Positions 35,802 through 45,816 of a stretch of DNA of 64,000 nt are shown piece by piece. A program made the translations under genes and the position numbers. Numbering within the stretch: the first letter of the stretch is position 1; every line of letters starts with the position of its first letter. The DNA comes from a virus (lineage: Duplodnaviria; Heunggongvirae; Uroviricota; Caudoviricetes): IMG/VR virus record IMGVR_UViG_3300042486_001111. One strand, 5' to 3'. The notes under the pieces are model-generated. The model saw only the letters and a program-made list of their open reading frames with translations, was not told the DNA's origin and ran no database searches.

Positions 35802-36285
35802 ATTCTGTTGATTCTACACTTTCAGGTCCTTCTTCAGCATTTTCCTCATCTTTTACTTCATTGGAATATTCCTCAGCAATTTTGGTTGCCCATTCATTAG
35901 ACCATGTTTCATAATATGCAACTAACTTTTGGATTTGTTTTAATGTTGTATCACTTAATTGTAATAAATCTGCCGTAATATAAACACCTCTAGAATCATC
36001 TAACGAGTAGAACCATTCTACATTATTATCAGTAAATTTACCACTAAACTCAACGTTTTGTGCTTTAGGGTATAGTTTAAATCTATTAAATGCTACTCTA
36101 GGAGAAACAGTATCTCTGAATTTTTTTTCTTCTTCTGAAAGTGCGGCAGGATCATCCTCACCTAAATCTTTATCTTCTACATTTCTTTCGTCTGCCTCTC
36201 TTATCAATCTAGTGTTTCTATTAGAAACAATTTTAGATTCTCTGATAAGTTCTAACATTCTTTTTGTTTCATCATGTTGACTCAT
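35770..36285 (-). CDS. Acidic hypothetical protein
   Basis: 171-aa ORF. Confidence 0.7.
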   Translation of the reverse strand: MSQHDETKRMLELIRESKIVSNRNTRLIREADERNVEDKDLGEDDPAALSEEEKKFRDTVSPRVAFNRFKLYPKAQNVEFSGKFTDNNVEWFYSLDDSRGVYITADLLQLSDTTLKQIQKLVAYYETWSNEWATKIAEEYSNEVKDEENAEEGPESVESTEFDIEQEGGQQ

Positions 36286-36305
36286 AGTATATTGTTTTTT
36301 GTTTT

Positions 36306-36914
36306 TTATTCTTCTATTAATTTTTTAAACTTATTAAAATCCCAACTAGGGTTTAAATCAGTACTTTCTTTAAAATAATTACTCCTATAAACTATACCTT
36401 CAAAATATTCGATACCATCTATAAAAGTATTGTGCCCAACGCATTTTTGTGGGATGTTGTATGTTTCACATAAATGTTTTATTAGATTCACACAAGATTC
36501 CATTTGTTTATTAGTATAAGAGTCCCAAAATGTAAAACCCCTCCACCTTTTTTCAAACACACTTTTCTTCCTCTTATAAATATTACCAACCCAATTAAAA
36601 TACGATTCATTTAACAAATCTTTTTCTAACCACCCTTGATTCTCTAATAAAACAACTATTATTTTTTTATCTACTGATTTATTACCTAAAAAATCTGAGT
36701 ACTTTGTTGGATCATAGTGTTGATATATGGTACCGTCTCTAAAAACAGTAAAGGGTGAGGTTTTTTTATATTCCCCACCCATTCTTTTTTTCCAACCAAT
36801 AATATGTTTGTCTTTTTCAGAAAAAGTATTTGCTAATACGATTTGTCTTTTCTCAAATTCAGTAGTGTAATAATTTTTTTCGTTTAAAAGATATTTCTCA
36901 CTGTCAATTACCAT
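36306..36914 (-). CDS. Amidase_2-like protein, partly degenerate
   Basis: RQIVLANT (no HHT), GTIYQH, YTNKQMES, VGHN, TDLNPSWDF. Confidence 0.65.
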   Translation of the reverse strand: MVIDSEKYLLNEKNYYTTEFEKRQIVLANTFSEKDKHIIGWKKRMGGEYKKTSPFTVFRDGTIYQHYDPTKYSDFLGNKSVDKKIIVVLLENQGWLEKDLLNESYFNWVGNIYKRKKSVFEKRWRGFTFWDSYTNKQMESCVNLIKHLCETYNIPQKCVGHNTFIDGIEYFEGIVYRSNYFKESTDLNPSWDFNKFKKLIEE

Positions 36915-37835
36915 TTAGTCGATTCTCTTTATATTCGTTTTAGTTTGTCTATATGGTTGATTAATTACTGTATTTTCACCTCTAGATTGTTTATATTTTT
37001 CTATCGCATTTTTAATGATATCATTAGGTTCTTTAGGATTTTCTATTTCTTCCATAAATATTTCACTATCTTTTTCACTTAAAGTAATTACTTCATCTGT
37101 TTGGGGAATTGTCTCATCTATACTACCTTCGATTTCATCCACTACATCATCTACACTACCTTCGATTTCATCCTCTACTTCATATGGTGTGAAAGCCAAT
37201 GCGGTTGGTTCATTTTCTAAATCCTCTTCAGTAATTTCAGGTAACTTACCCTCTTCTCTCAACTCATTAACTTTTTCCCAAACTTTATCCGCAACTTTTT
37301 CTGTTTCAGTTTTTGGTGTGTCAGTTATTTCAACATCAATTTTTGGGGAATTATCTTCCGTTTTTGGGGAATTTGCTGATTCATATTTAACAAAGAAGTG
37401 TAACGATGTTAATGATATAATCGGTAATAATCCACCTTCCAAAAACGCCAACCACCTTTTCATTGCTGGCACATCTGATGGATCAGATCCAATCATTTCC
37501 CATATAGGTCCAGTCAACTCAACCCAAGACTTAAATAGATCTCCGTTATTATCAATTTCTTTATAAGAAAAGAATATGTTACCTATCATTTGAATTAATG
37601 TAATCAATCCGAACATAAACCAAACACCACCTCTAATTTTATTAGTGGCAGCAACAAGTGCAGTCATAGCACCCACTTCTATCGCAATTGATAAGTATAT
37701 CGCCCAACTCATAGGGTTTGCGATATCATACCAAGCCACAACGTGTGAAATAGAGATTCCTGCAACCAATAAGATTGGTATGAGGAACATAGTCCTATTA
37801 GGGTTATTCCTAATCCATTTCCAAATAGACATCAT
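36915..37835 (-). CDS. Multi-pass membrane protein with acidic C-terminal tail
   Basis: About 4 TM segments, then a D/E-rich region with a short tandem repeat (DEIEGS x2). Confidence 0.7.
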   Translation of the reverse strand: MMSIWKWIRNNPNRTMFLIPILLVAGISISHVVAWYDIANPMSWAIYLSIAIEVGAMTALVAATNKIRGGVWFMFGLITLIQMIGNIFFSYKEIDNNGDLFKSWVELTGPIWEMIGSDPSDVPAMKRWLAFLEGGLLPIISLTSLHFFVKYESANSPKTEDNSPKIDVEITDTPKTETEKVADKVWEKVNELREEGKLPEITEEDLENEPTALAFTPYEVEDEIEGSVDDVVDEIEGSIDETIPQTDEVITLSEKDSEIFMEEIENPKEPNDIIKNAIEKYKQSRGENTVINQPYRQTKTNIKRID

Positions 37836-37836
37836 A

Positions 37837-38166
37837 TTAATTTTCTAATTTTTTAATATTATTCTTTACCACCATATGTAATTCCATCAACTGTTCACCT
37901 CTGTTTTTACCAGAAATATAGTTATCATACTCAGTATGTACTTTTAATTTCTCATCTTTAATTAGTTGGGGTATACCGTCAATTGTTTTTTTCTGTACAC
38001 TAATTACATTATTCAAACTATCAACAACAGTACTACTTTCGGTGTTGTTTTTACTAATCTTTCTAATTTCACCTGATTTTTGACAAGATCTAAAGAAGAA
38101 TATTAAACATAATGTTGCCAATATATACACTTTATATTTTTTTACAAATTCAATCACATTTTTCAT
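37837..38166 (-). CDS. Membrane-anchored protein
   Basis: N-terminal hydrophobic segment followed by RSCQ. Confidence 0.6.
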   Translation of the reverse strand: MKNVIEFVKKYKVYILATLCLIFFFRSCQKSGEIRKISKNNTESSTVVDSLNNVISVQKKTIDGIPQLIKDEKLKVHTEYDNYISGKNRGEQLMELHMVVKNNIKKLEN

Positions 38167-38266
38167 AATTATTTTTTTAATAAATATAATAATTTTTTAT
38201 TTTATAGTAAATAGAAAAGATAATGGGGGACAAATTGTCCCCCAGTAGTCATTAACTTTTTATGGT

Positions 38267-39064
38267 TTATATATCAAAAATACCACCTAAATTATTTCTA
38301 ACCTTTCTTATCGAAGTTTCTTTTATTTGTCTAACTCTTTCTTTAGTTAAACCTACCTCCTCACCAATCATTTCTAATGTCATTGGTTCACCGTTGATCC
38401 CGAAGTAACAATTAATTATTTCAATCTCTCTCTCACTTAAACCATTTAATGCCCTCTTCATTTCATTTTTTCTTAACATTTCTTCCTCATCCTCCATTTG
38501 ATCAGGACGAGTAAATGTTTTATCTTCAACCAAAGTCAGTAACTCATCACCGTCCTCATTGATGGTAGTATTTAGTGAGGTACAAGATGGTATGTGTATT
38601 TGTTCTACCTCATCATCATACGGAGATCTTTGATTTTCTTTTTCAAAAATATCAGTTTCCTTTCTGATTTTAGATAATTTATTAATTACACTTCCAGGTA
38701 ACCTTACCGTTCTAGAATTATCATTCAATGACTGCATTATAGATTGTTTAATCCACCATACTGCATATGTGTTAAATCTAAATCCTTTAGTGTGATCGAA
38801 TTTTTTTGCCGCAGTAATCAAACCATAATTACCTTCAGATATTAAATCTGCAACCGCCAACCCTTGATTCTGATACTCCTTAGCAATTTTAATGACAAAT
38901 CTTAAATTGGCATTTACTAATTCGTCTAAGGCTTTCTTATCCCCATGCTGAATTTTTTTAGCCAACTCCACTTCTTTTTCTGCAGTAATCACTTCAGATT
39001 TCCTTACATCTCTCATGTAGAGGCTAATACAATCCTCATTTGGATTTAGATACTTGTTTGACAT
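38267..39064 (-). CDS. RNA polymerase sigma70-family factor (RpoD/RpoS-like)
   Basis: ANLRFV, DLISEGNYGL, FD..KGFRFNTYAVWWIKQ, RTVRLP, TLEMIG..VGLTKERVRQI. Confidence 0.95.
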   Translation of the reverse strand: MSNKYLNPNEDCISLYMRDVRKSEVITAEKEVELAKKIQHGDKKALDELVNANLRFVIKIAKEYQNQGLAVADLISEGNYGLITAAKKFDHTKGFRFNTYAVWWIKQSIMQSLNDNSRTVRLPGSVINKLSKIRKETDIFEKENQRSPYDDEVEQIHIPSCTSLNTTINEDGDELLTLVEDKTFTRPDQMEDEEEMLRKNEMKRALNGLSEREIEIINCYFGINGEPMTLEMIGEEVGLTKERVRQIKETSIRKVRNNLGGIFDI

Positions 39065-39068
39065 ATAT

Positions 39069-39545
39069 TTATTTTTGTTTTTTATTTATTAAGTCTCTTA
39101 ATTTAGCCGCAGTTTCATAATCTTCATTCTCCAAAGCCTCATCAAGTAATTCCTCATCACTTTTAATTGGTATGTTTTCTATTTCATCAAATTTACCACT
39201 AAAAATTTTATCTTTAACTTGTTTCAATGATTCCTCAATTATATTGTAGGGTACCTTACTATTATCTATATCCCCACCAAATAATGCCACCTGAAATTCT
39301 TTATTTGCAATACTAGCAGAATAGAATCCTAATGTCATTTCAAATATGATAAAAGAACGTTCATTCATCTTTAACAAATCTTCTAATTCTCCTATTGAAA
39401 ATGCGGTTTGGAAAGTTGCTATAATTAAACCTTCACCACTAACAAAATTTACACTACTTTCAGATAATACAGTTAAATCTTCTTTAAGTCCTGAAACGTC
39501 TCCCAACCCTATTAAACATACCTTTTTTAAAAATGTGCTCTCCAT
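39069..39545 (-). CDS. Hypothetical protein with C-terminal UVR (UvrB/UvrC) motif
   Basis: ALENEDYETAAKLRD; promoter at 39597-39627. Confidence 0.7.
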   Translation of the reverse strand: MESTFLKKVCLIGLGDVSGLKEDLTVLSESSVNFVSGEGLIIATFQTAFSIGELEDLLKMNERSFIIFEMTLGFYSASIANKEFQVALFGGDIDNSKVPYNIIEESLKQVKDKIFSGKFDEIENIPIKSDEELLDEALENEDYETAAKLRDLINKKQK

Positions 39546-39611
39546 ATTCTTTTATTATAAATACCCACAAAAATTGTTCTTTTTTTATTATAGTGACAAA
39601 GATAGTAAAAA

Positions 39612-41987
39612 TTAATTGATTTGCAAAGAAGAAATGTCATTATTTTTCTCAACAGTAATAATTTTGTCTGCCCAATCTTGTACAATAGGGTTATGACTAA
39701 TTAAAAATATGATTTCGTACATCTTCTTAATCTTATCAAAAAATATCTTAACTTGATCCAAATTAATATTCGCAACTTTACCTAATACCTCATCAAATAC
39801 TATTACGTTTGGTTTTGGTAAGGTGGATATTCTACCTAAGACACTTCTCAATGCCAATGAAGCCAACGTAGTTTCTAAACCAGACCCTGTTCTAAGTTTT
39901 TTAATGATGTCGTTCTTAATAAGTATAAAGTCTACTTCATTTTTATCGTTAATCTCTAATTGGATTTCAAAATCACAAACTTCATCCAATAATCTGTTAA
40001 GTTCATGATTGATAATTGGTATAACTGAAGATAAAACTAATTTAGAAATTCCATTTTTACCAATCATTCTATTATACACTTCAAAAATTTTCAGTACCTC
40101 ATCTTCTTTCTTAATCTGTTCAATCAAAGAATTGTTTTCATTTATTTTTTCTTCTTTATTCTTACTATCATTTTCTATAGTCTGTATGTTAGATTTAATA
40201 GTGTCTTTTTCTACATCTAATGTCTCAATTAACTGATTGTAACCTAAAATTTTACTTTCTAACTTTCTATTTTCCTCAATAAAATCTGAATTTCTTTCAT
40301 AGTCTTTAAGTAAAGATGTTTTTTCTCTATAATCAACTCTCATTCTGTCGATGTCTATTTCAGTTTTATCTTTAGAAAGACTTAATTTATCGTATGAATC
40401 AGAGTTCTTTTTTTCCTCACTAATTTTAGTTAGTTTGTCACAAATCTTATCTATTTTTGTGACAATACCCTTCAGTTCCTTTTCCTTAACTTTTAAAAGT
40501 TTTTCATTATCCTTTATTTCTGAACTATGATCAACCTCGTCTAACGCTCTTTTACATGTGGGACAGATTTCCCCCTCCTTCAAATCCTTAATTAATTTTT
40601 CTATTGATTTAATTGAGGATTCAATACCATTTTTTTCTACCAGTAAGTTTTTCTCTTCTGTACGATACTCTTCATGTGTATCTTCATCGTATGAAAATTT
40701 AGGTATAACTTTTATTTGTTCATTAATACCATCTAATGTTTCTTTAAGTGTTACTCCCCTTTTAGTTAAAGAGTCAATCTCTTTTTTTAACGTATCAGGA
40801 TTTACTTTTTTAATCTCATCATCAATACTATATCTCTTTCCTAATAAGTCTTCTTTCTTATCCTTAGCCGTCTTTATTTTTCCTAAAACCTCATTTAATT
40901 TTGTATCGTTTTCTTTATTTGCAATTCTATTATCACTAATATTTCTTTTATATTCTTCAATATCTAATTCTAACTGTTTGGTGTTAAATAGGTTCGATTT
41001 CATTTTACTTTTAAATTCTGACATCAACCCTTTGTTTATATCCTCCTTCTTTTCTATAATTTCTAAACCAATAAATTTAGTTAACAACCTACCCCTTTGT
41101 GTAGGTTTAGTTTCCATTAAATCTTCTAAATTTTTTGAGGTAGCAACTATGGTTAACATGAAATCATCGTAAGAACCTATAGTATCTTCAATTAACTTAT
41201 CAGTCTCTCTTCTTTGTTCACCTTCTAAATTTTCTTTAGTACCATCAGATAAAATCCGATAAAACTCTAATGATGTGGAAATTTTATATTCACCATTTTT
41301 AGATAACTTTCTATTAAGTGTTCTCTCAATAATATACTCATCACCATCGATTTCTATATGTCCCCCAACTAAAACATCGTCCTTGTTAGAAAACGTATTA
41401 AACACTTCTGAGTTAACTTCGGTTTTAGTTGTCTTACCAAAAAATAAGAATAGTAATGAATCGATAGTAAAAATAGTTTTACCTCCTTGATTTGCAGGAA
41501 TAGAATTTACAACTGTTAACCCATCTAAATTTTTATACTCAATCTCATTATTATCTCCAAAAGAAAGAAAATTATTTAACCACAATTTCTTAATACTCCA
41601 TCTTCGATATCTAATGTCTTCTTCTTCATTATTAATAAGAATTTCGTTAATCTTATCATCTAACCTACAAAGTCTTTCGTAATCAACCGTAACCTCATTT
41701 AACTTTAACCATTCAACAAACAACCCCCTCTGATAGGCAGTGTCCATAATGTTATCTATCAAACCCTCAGTAATGTCTATAACTTTTCCCGCACTATTTT
41801 TAAGTATTGGGATGAAGTTTATCTTAATAGAAGATTTGTGTACACTATATTTTTCTGAAAAATACGTTTTAACCTTATTTACTGTTTCTATAGTTCTATT
41901 TTCAGGGTAATCTTGCCAATCAACTCTTATCTGCGCCTTTTCTGGTACATCAACCAATTTTGTTCTTTTTACTACTGTCTTTTCCAT
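39612..41987 (-). CDS. SbcC/Rad50-like (T4 gp46-like) recombination ATPase
   Basis: NFLSFG, NQGGKT Walker A, coiled coil with CPTC hook, GSGLE signature, VFDEV, LISH. Confidence 0.92.
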   Translation of the reverse strand: MEKTVVKRTKLVDVPEKAQIRVDWQDYPENRTIETVNKVKTYFSEKYSVHKSSIKINFIPILKNSAGKVIDITEGLIDNIMDTAYQRGLFVEWLKLNEVTVDYERLCRLDDKINEILINNEEEDIRYRRWSIKKLWLNNFLSFGDNNEIEYKNLDGLTVVNSIPANQGGKTIFTIDSLLFLFFGKTTKTEVNSEVFNTFSNKDDVLVGGHIEIDGDEYIIERTLNRKLSKNGEYKISTSLEFYRILSDGTKENLEGEQRRETDKLIEDTIGSYDDFMLTIVATSKNLEDLMETKPTQRGRLLTKFIGLEIIEKKEDINKGLMSEFKSKMKSNLFNTKQLELDIEEYKRNISDNRIANKENDTKLNEVLGKIKTAKDKKEDLLGKRYSIDDEIKKVNPDTLKKEIDSLTKRGVTLKETLDGINEQIKVIPKFSYDEDTHEEYRTEEKNLLVEKNGIESSIKSIEKLIKDLKEGEICPTCKRALDEVDHSSEIKDNEKLLKVKEKELKGIVTKIDKICDKLTKISEEKKNSDSYDKLSLSKDKTEIDIDRMRVDYREKTSLLKDYERNSDFIEENRKLESKILGYNQLIETLDVEKDTIKSNIQTIENDSKNKEEKINENNSLIEQIKKEDEVLKIFEVYNRMIGKNGISKLVLSSVIPIINHELNRLLDEVCDFEIQLEINDKNEVDFILIKNDIIKKLRTGSGLETTLASLALRSVLGRISTLPKPNVIVFDEVLGKVANINLDQVKIFFDKIKKMYEIIFLISHNPIVQDWADKIITVEKNNDISSLQIN

Positions 41988-41990
41988 ATA

Positions 41991-42542
41991 TTATTTTTTT
42001 AAAATATTTGATCCAAACCAACCACCTCTTTTTTCATCACCATATATATCAGTTTCTTTTTTAGTTTTTTTCTTTTCAGATTCTAATTCTGATTTAAGTT
42101 TTTCCAATTCAATATCCTTTAAAGATAACTTATCTTGGAAAATATTTTCCATTTCTATTACTTTAGTGGAAAATTTTTGTAACTCAGACTCATTTTCTAT
42201 TAGTTTAGTGGAAAATATTTTCTTTTCCTCTTCCAACTGAGTTAGTTTATTACTCAATTCGGTAATCTGTATATCATCAGTTATTATAACTTCTTTTTCA
42301 ATAATCTTTTCAACGGGTACTTCCCTAATTACTTCAATAATCTTTTCAACAGGTATTTCTTTAATTACCTCAACGATTTTTTCTACTTCCTTAACTTCGG
42401 TAGACCCTAAAGGTGTTGAACCAAATTTTTCAACTGTATACCCTTGACGAACCATTTTAATTATGAATTCATCTATATTGGATATATCATTTAATCGACA
42501 ATATTCCCATATTTCATCTTTTAAATTTTTAGGTATTTCCAT
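41991..42542 (-). CDS. Coiled-coil protein with VEKIIE/EVP repeats
   Basis: VEKIVEVIKEIPVEKIIEVIREVPVEKIIEKEV. Confidence 0.7.
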   Translation of the reverse strand: MEIPKNLKDEIWEYCRLNDISNIDEFIIKMVRQGYTVEKFGSTPLGSTEVKEVEKIVEVIKEIPVEKIIEVIREVPVEKIIEKEVIITDDIQITELSNKLTQLEEEKKIFSTKLIENESELQKFSTKVIEMENIFQDKLSLKDIELEKLKSELESEKKKTKKETDIYGDEKRGGWFGSNILKK

Positions 42543-43363
42543 TATGAATTTGTTAGGTATTCTCTTTCATTGTCAATATCATCCAATGAATTTATTTTAA
42601 ATACATAGTACCCATAATCAGTTTTTATGTCGTGTTCAGTATAGTCTAAATGTTCCACATCCCACACAAGGTATCCGTGACCGCTCACTCTTTCACCAAA
42701 ATCTTGTTGTATTAAACTACCACAATATGTGATATTAGTACCCTTCCTCACAAAATTTTGTCTGTGATGAATGTCTCCCATTAATACGGCATCACAACCA
42801 TCGAACTGTTCTAATTCAGAATGATCTTCAAATTCAAACCCTATAGAGGTGATTGCCCCATTAACAGGTGCGTGAAATAATCCAATATATTTTTTATCCT
42901 TACCATATAGTTTTTTAGCCTCTTTAATATTCGGTCTCACATTTTCTTCAAAAATAGAATAAACACACCATACAATATTATCATCTAAATAACACTTACT
43001 TTCTTTAAAGTATGAAACATTTTCACTGAATGTTCTTTTTTCAATAACAGGTGTTAGTGAATCCACTCTTTCTTTATTATTCTCTAATAAATCGTGATTA
43101 CCTGCAATTACTATAACAGGACAAAGTTTTGTGCATTCATCTAAAAACCAAGTTACTAAAACAGATAACTCATTAGAAATCGTAATTTTTTGATGTACAA
43201 TGTCCCCCGCAATTACAATTCTAACCTCATTGTGAATTAAATTATTATCTTCAATGTATTTAGATACCTCCTCTAAAAATTTTTGACAGACTAACTCTGA
43301 CTCATCTAATCTTTTAAACGTCCTAAAGTGTAAGTCCGCAATATGGAATAACTTTTTTACCAT
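42542..43363 (-). CDS. SbcD/Mre11-like (T4 gp47-like) nuclease
   Basis: ADLH, AGD, AGNHD, GDIH, YCGS motifs; adjacent to the SbcC-like gene; promoter at 43368-43399. Confidence 0.9.
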   Translation of the reverse strand: MVKKLFHIADLHFRTFKRLDESELVCQKFLEEVSKYIEDNNLIHNEVRIVIAGDIVHQKITISNELSVLVTWFLDECTKLCPVIVIAGNHDLLENNKERVDSLTPVIEKRTFSENVSYFKESKCYLDDNIVWCVYSIFEENVRPNIKEAKKLYGKDKKYIGLFHAPVNGAITSIGFEFEDHSELEQFDGCDAVLMGDIHHRQNFVRKGTNITYCGSLIQQDFGERVSGHGYLVWDVEHLDYTEHDIKTDYGYYVFKINSLDDIDNEREYLTNS

Positions 43364-43402
43364 TTTACAAATATAATATATTTTTTTTATTATTACAAAT
43401 AA

Positions 43403-44314
43403 TTAATCGAGTGATGTTTTGTTAGTTTTTAACACTTCGAACATATTATCTACATGATGTGAAAAATCATCACAGTTAATTATTTTATAGTTATCATTTT
43501 CTTCATTGAACCACACTAAGTGACAACTACCCAATTTTAGGTTAGTGTTCCTTTCAATAATTTTTTTATAGATTGATAATTGGAGTGAGTATGTGTTAAA
43601 TTCACACTCATCTAACATCCAAAGACAGTCTTTCATTTTATTTCCGAAGTCGTTCTTCATCCTAAGAGTGGTATTTGTTTTCCAATCCCATATCTGTAAA
43701 CACTGATGCCTTTCATTCCAAAATAACTGATCAACCATTCCGCATAATAACAATTCACTATCCCCAATCACTAACTCAGACTTAACAGGTATTAATTTAC
43801 CCTTTACTACGGTATCCTCATAGAAATTATGGAAGTGTCCCTTCATAACTTCGAAGGTGTCTTTAATTTCATCAAATTTTAAACCTTCGGGACTAAACTG
43901 AGGGTAAGGTTTTATTTTATTACTCAAATAGTTTTCAATGTAGTCATGTAGTGTAGAACCCTCATAAGTTGCATGATGATTTTTGTATTTCCATAGTTTA
44001 TCTATATCTGATTCGGTAACCCATTCAGATTCAGGTTTTGGTTTTGAGTAATCTGGTCTACCATAAGGATCATCTTCCATTGGAAAGAAGTTTTGTTTAT
44101 GGGCGTATTTATCTGCCATACTTTTGGCTTCATATATATGACCCTGTCTCTCCGCCCATTTATCTACCTTACCTACATTATCTTCAAAATGATGTTCAAA
44201 TTTACCGATAAACCCAGTACAGGATAGTGTTTGAACCCCATCTATGTAATATTTATGGGGTTCATCGTAGTATTTTATATGGTTAAATTTTGATAGTTCC
44301 TTAATTATATCCAT
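43403..44314 (-). CDS. PD-(D/E)xK exonuclease (lambda-exo/Cas4-like)
   Basis: GSTLHDYIE, SEL, GMVDQL, WDWKTN, Y.LQLSIY; start likely MDIIK. Confidence 0.85.
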   Translation of the reverse strand: MDIIKELSKFNHIKYYDEPHKYYIDGVQTLSCTGFIGKFEHHFEDNVGKVDKWAERQGHIYEAKSMADKYAHKQNFFPMEDDPYGRPDYSKPKPESEWVTESDIDKLWKYKNHHATYEGSTLHDYIENYLSNKIKPYPQFSPEGLKFDEIKDTFEVMKGHFHNFYEDTVVKGKLIPVKSELVIGDSELLLCGMVDQLFWNERHQCLQIWDWKTNTTLRMKNDFGNKMKDCLWMLDECEFNTYSLQLSIYKKIIERNTNLKLGSCHLVWFNEENDNYKIINCDDFSHHVDNMFEVLKTNKTSLD

Positions 44315-44369
44315 TAGCACAATATTTATTATTAACAATTATACTGAAATTTAATTAGAAAGACAAATT

Positions 44370-44819
44370 ATGACTCATTTAACAGACAATTATTTAAAAA
44401 AAATATTTAAGATAATCTATAACTATATAGTAGGATCAGACCCAAATTTCGATATCTCCGATTTATTTGATGATTCAAATGTATATGAAGACATTTATAT
44501 GTTCATACAAGATAAATTGTCTCATACTGACTCAGATGAGGTTGACTTCATTTACGCTAGTTTTAGTCGTAATTGGGAAATGTATGGTAGTTCATTTCCT
44601 GAAATATACGGTGAGGTTATTAAACCTGAATTAAAAATGTATGAGGGTGTTAGAAATTACGGGGCTACTGTAGTATACAATGAATATTATCACCATAACA
44701 CATACTTACCAGTAATGTTAGAATATATGATAAATGAATATCAAATAGATGAGGATAACGTAGAGACAGATATTCGAGACACTTGGGATCACCAAATAAA
44801 TATAAACGAAAAGAAGTAA
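44370..44819 (+). CDS. Acidic hypothetical protein
   Basis: 149-aa ORF. Confidence 0.65.
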   Translation: MTHLTDNYLKKIFKIIYNYIVGSDPNFDISDLFDDSNVYEDIYMFIQDKLSHTDSDEVDFIYASFSRNWEMYGSSFPEIYGEVIKPELKMYEGVRNYGATVVYNEYYHHNTYLPVMLEYMINEYQIDEDNVETDIRDTWDHQININEKK

Positions 44820-44824
44820 TAGTT

Positions 44825-45403
44825 ATGAAATTCTCAGATATATTAAAAGAAGGTATTCCCATTTATAAAGAATACGAACCATCAACCAACAAAAAAATGT
44901 ATGATAGGTTGAAAAAGTACTATGGTAGTACACCAGAATATGTTTTAAAAGATATATTTTTTAATAATATTGCAGTTAACTCTATGGAAGACATCAACAA
45001 AAATTATTATGGTGACCCTATTTTATTTTTAGCAAGATTTGATGGTGGTTATTGGGATAGATTTCTAAAAGGTCCTTGGAAATTAGAAGTACTTAATGTT
45101 AATCCCGAAGACTTTGACAATAGTACTGTTAATGCCTTTATAGAAAGGGACTTTGGTAATGTTGACGCTTATTTAGTACCTAACGATGAAGAAAGGATGC
45201 AAACTCAAAAAAGAATGGCTTCGTCTACTGGTATGAATGAACCAATAATTGTAGAAAGAAATCGCACAGGTAAATACGAATTAATTGAGGGTTGGCACAG
45301 AGCAATGTCAATACTATTATTAGGTAATAACGGTGAGGATTTAAAAAATTGGAATAGAGTAAAGATAAGAGCCTTTGTAAGAGACCCTTATCAACAAATG
45401 TAA
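44825..45403 (+). CDS. Protein with ParB/Srx-like C-terminal domain (starts MKFSDILKE)
   Basis: EPIIVE...YELIEGWHRAMS. Confidence 0.6.
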   Translation: MKFSDILKEGIPIYKEYEPSTNKKMYDRLKKYYGSTPEYVLKDIFFNNIAVNSMEDINKNYYGDPILFLARFDGGYWDRFLKGPWKLEVLNVNPEDFDNSTVNAFIERDFGNVDAYLVPNDEERMQTQKRMASSTGMNEPIIVERNRTGKYELIEGWHRAMSILLLGNNGEDLKNWNRVKIRAFVRDPYQQM

Positions 45404-45811
45404 TTAAACAGTGTGTTCTATCTGAACTCTCACACAATTTTGTGGTAATCTATTTATATGTCTGTAGTTATTAATGTAACCCATCATATTAGCACTACCT
45501 ATTGCATTAGCAGAGTGGATAACTACTTCGACAACAGTTTTTCCGTCCAACCATTGTTCTACTAACCATTTAGTACAATCCATACCAGTTTTTTCTGTAA
45601 TGTTATCATAATTTAATTCGTAATTATAATAAACATTTTTATGCCATTCATTCATCGCACTATCTCCCAAATCATGATCTAACGAAATAAGTTCGATGTT
45701 ATCTAAACCGATTTCTTCTACTTTTTTCACAAACTCATCATAATTTCGAACTACAACCCAATCGCCCTGTATTGGTGTTCTTACATCATCCAAATAGATT
45801 TTACTTTTCAT
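45404..45811 (-). CDS. Stand-alone cyclic-phosphate-processing receiver-like domain
   Basis: IYLDDVR, VVRNYDEF, ISLDHDLG, TGMDC..WL, IHSAN..G. Confidence 0.75.
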   Translation of the reverse strand: MKSKIYLDDVRTPIQGDWVVVRNYDEFVKKVEEIGLDNIELISLDHDLGDSAMNEWHKNVYYNYELNYDNITEKTGMDCTKWLVEQWLDGKTVVEVVIHSANAIGSANMMGYINNYRHINRLPQNCVRVQIEHTV

Positions 45812-45816
45812 ATTTA

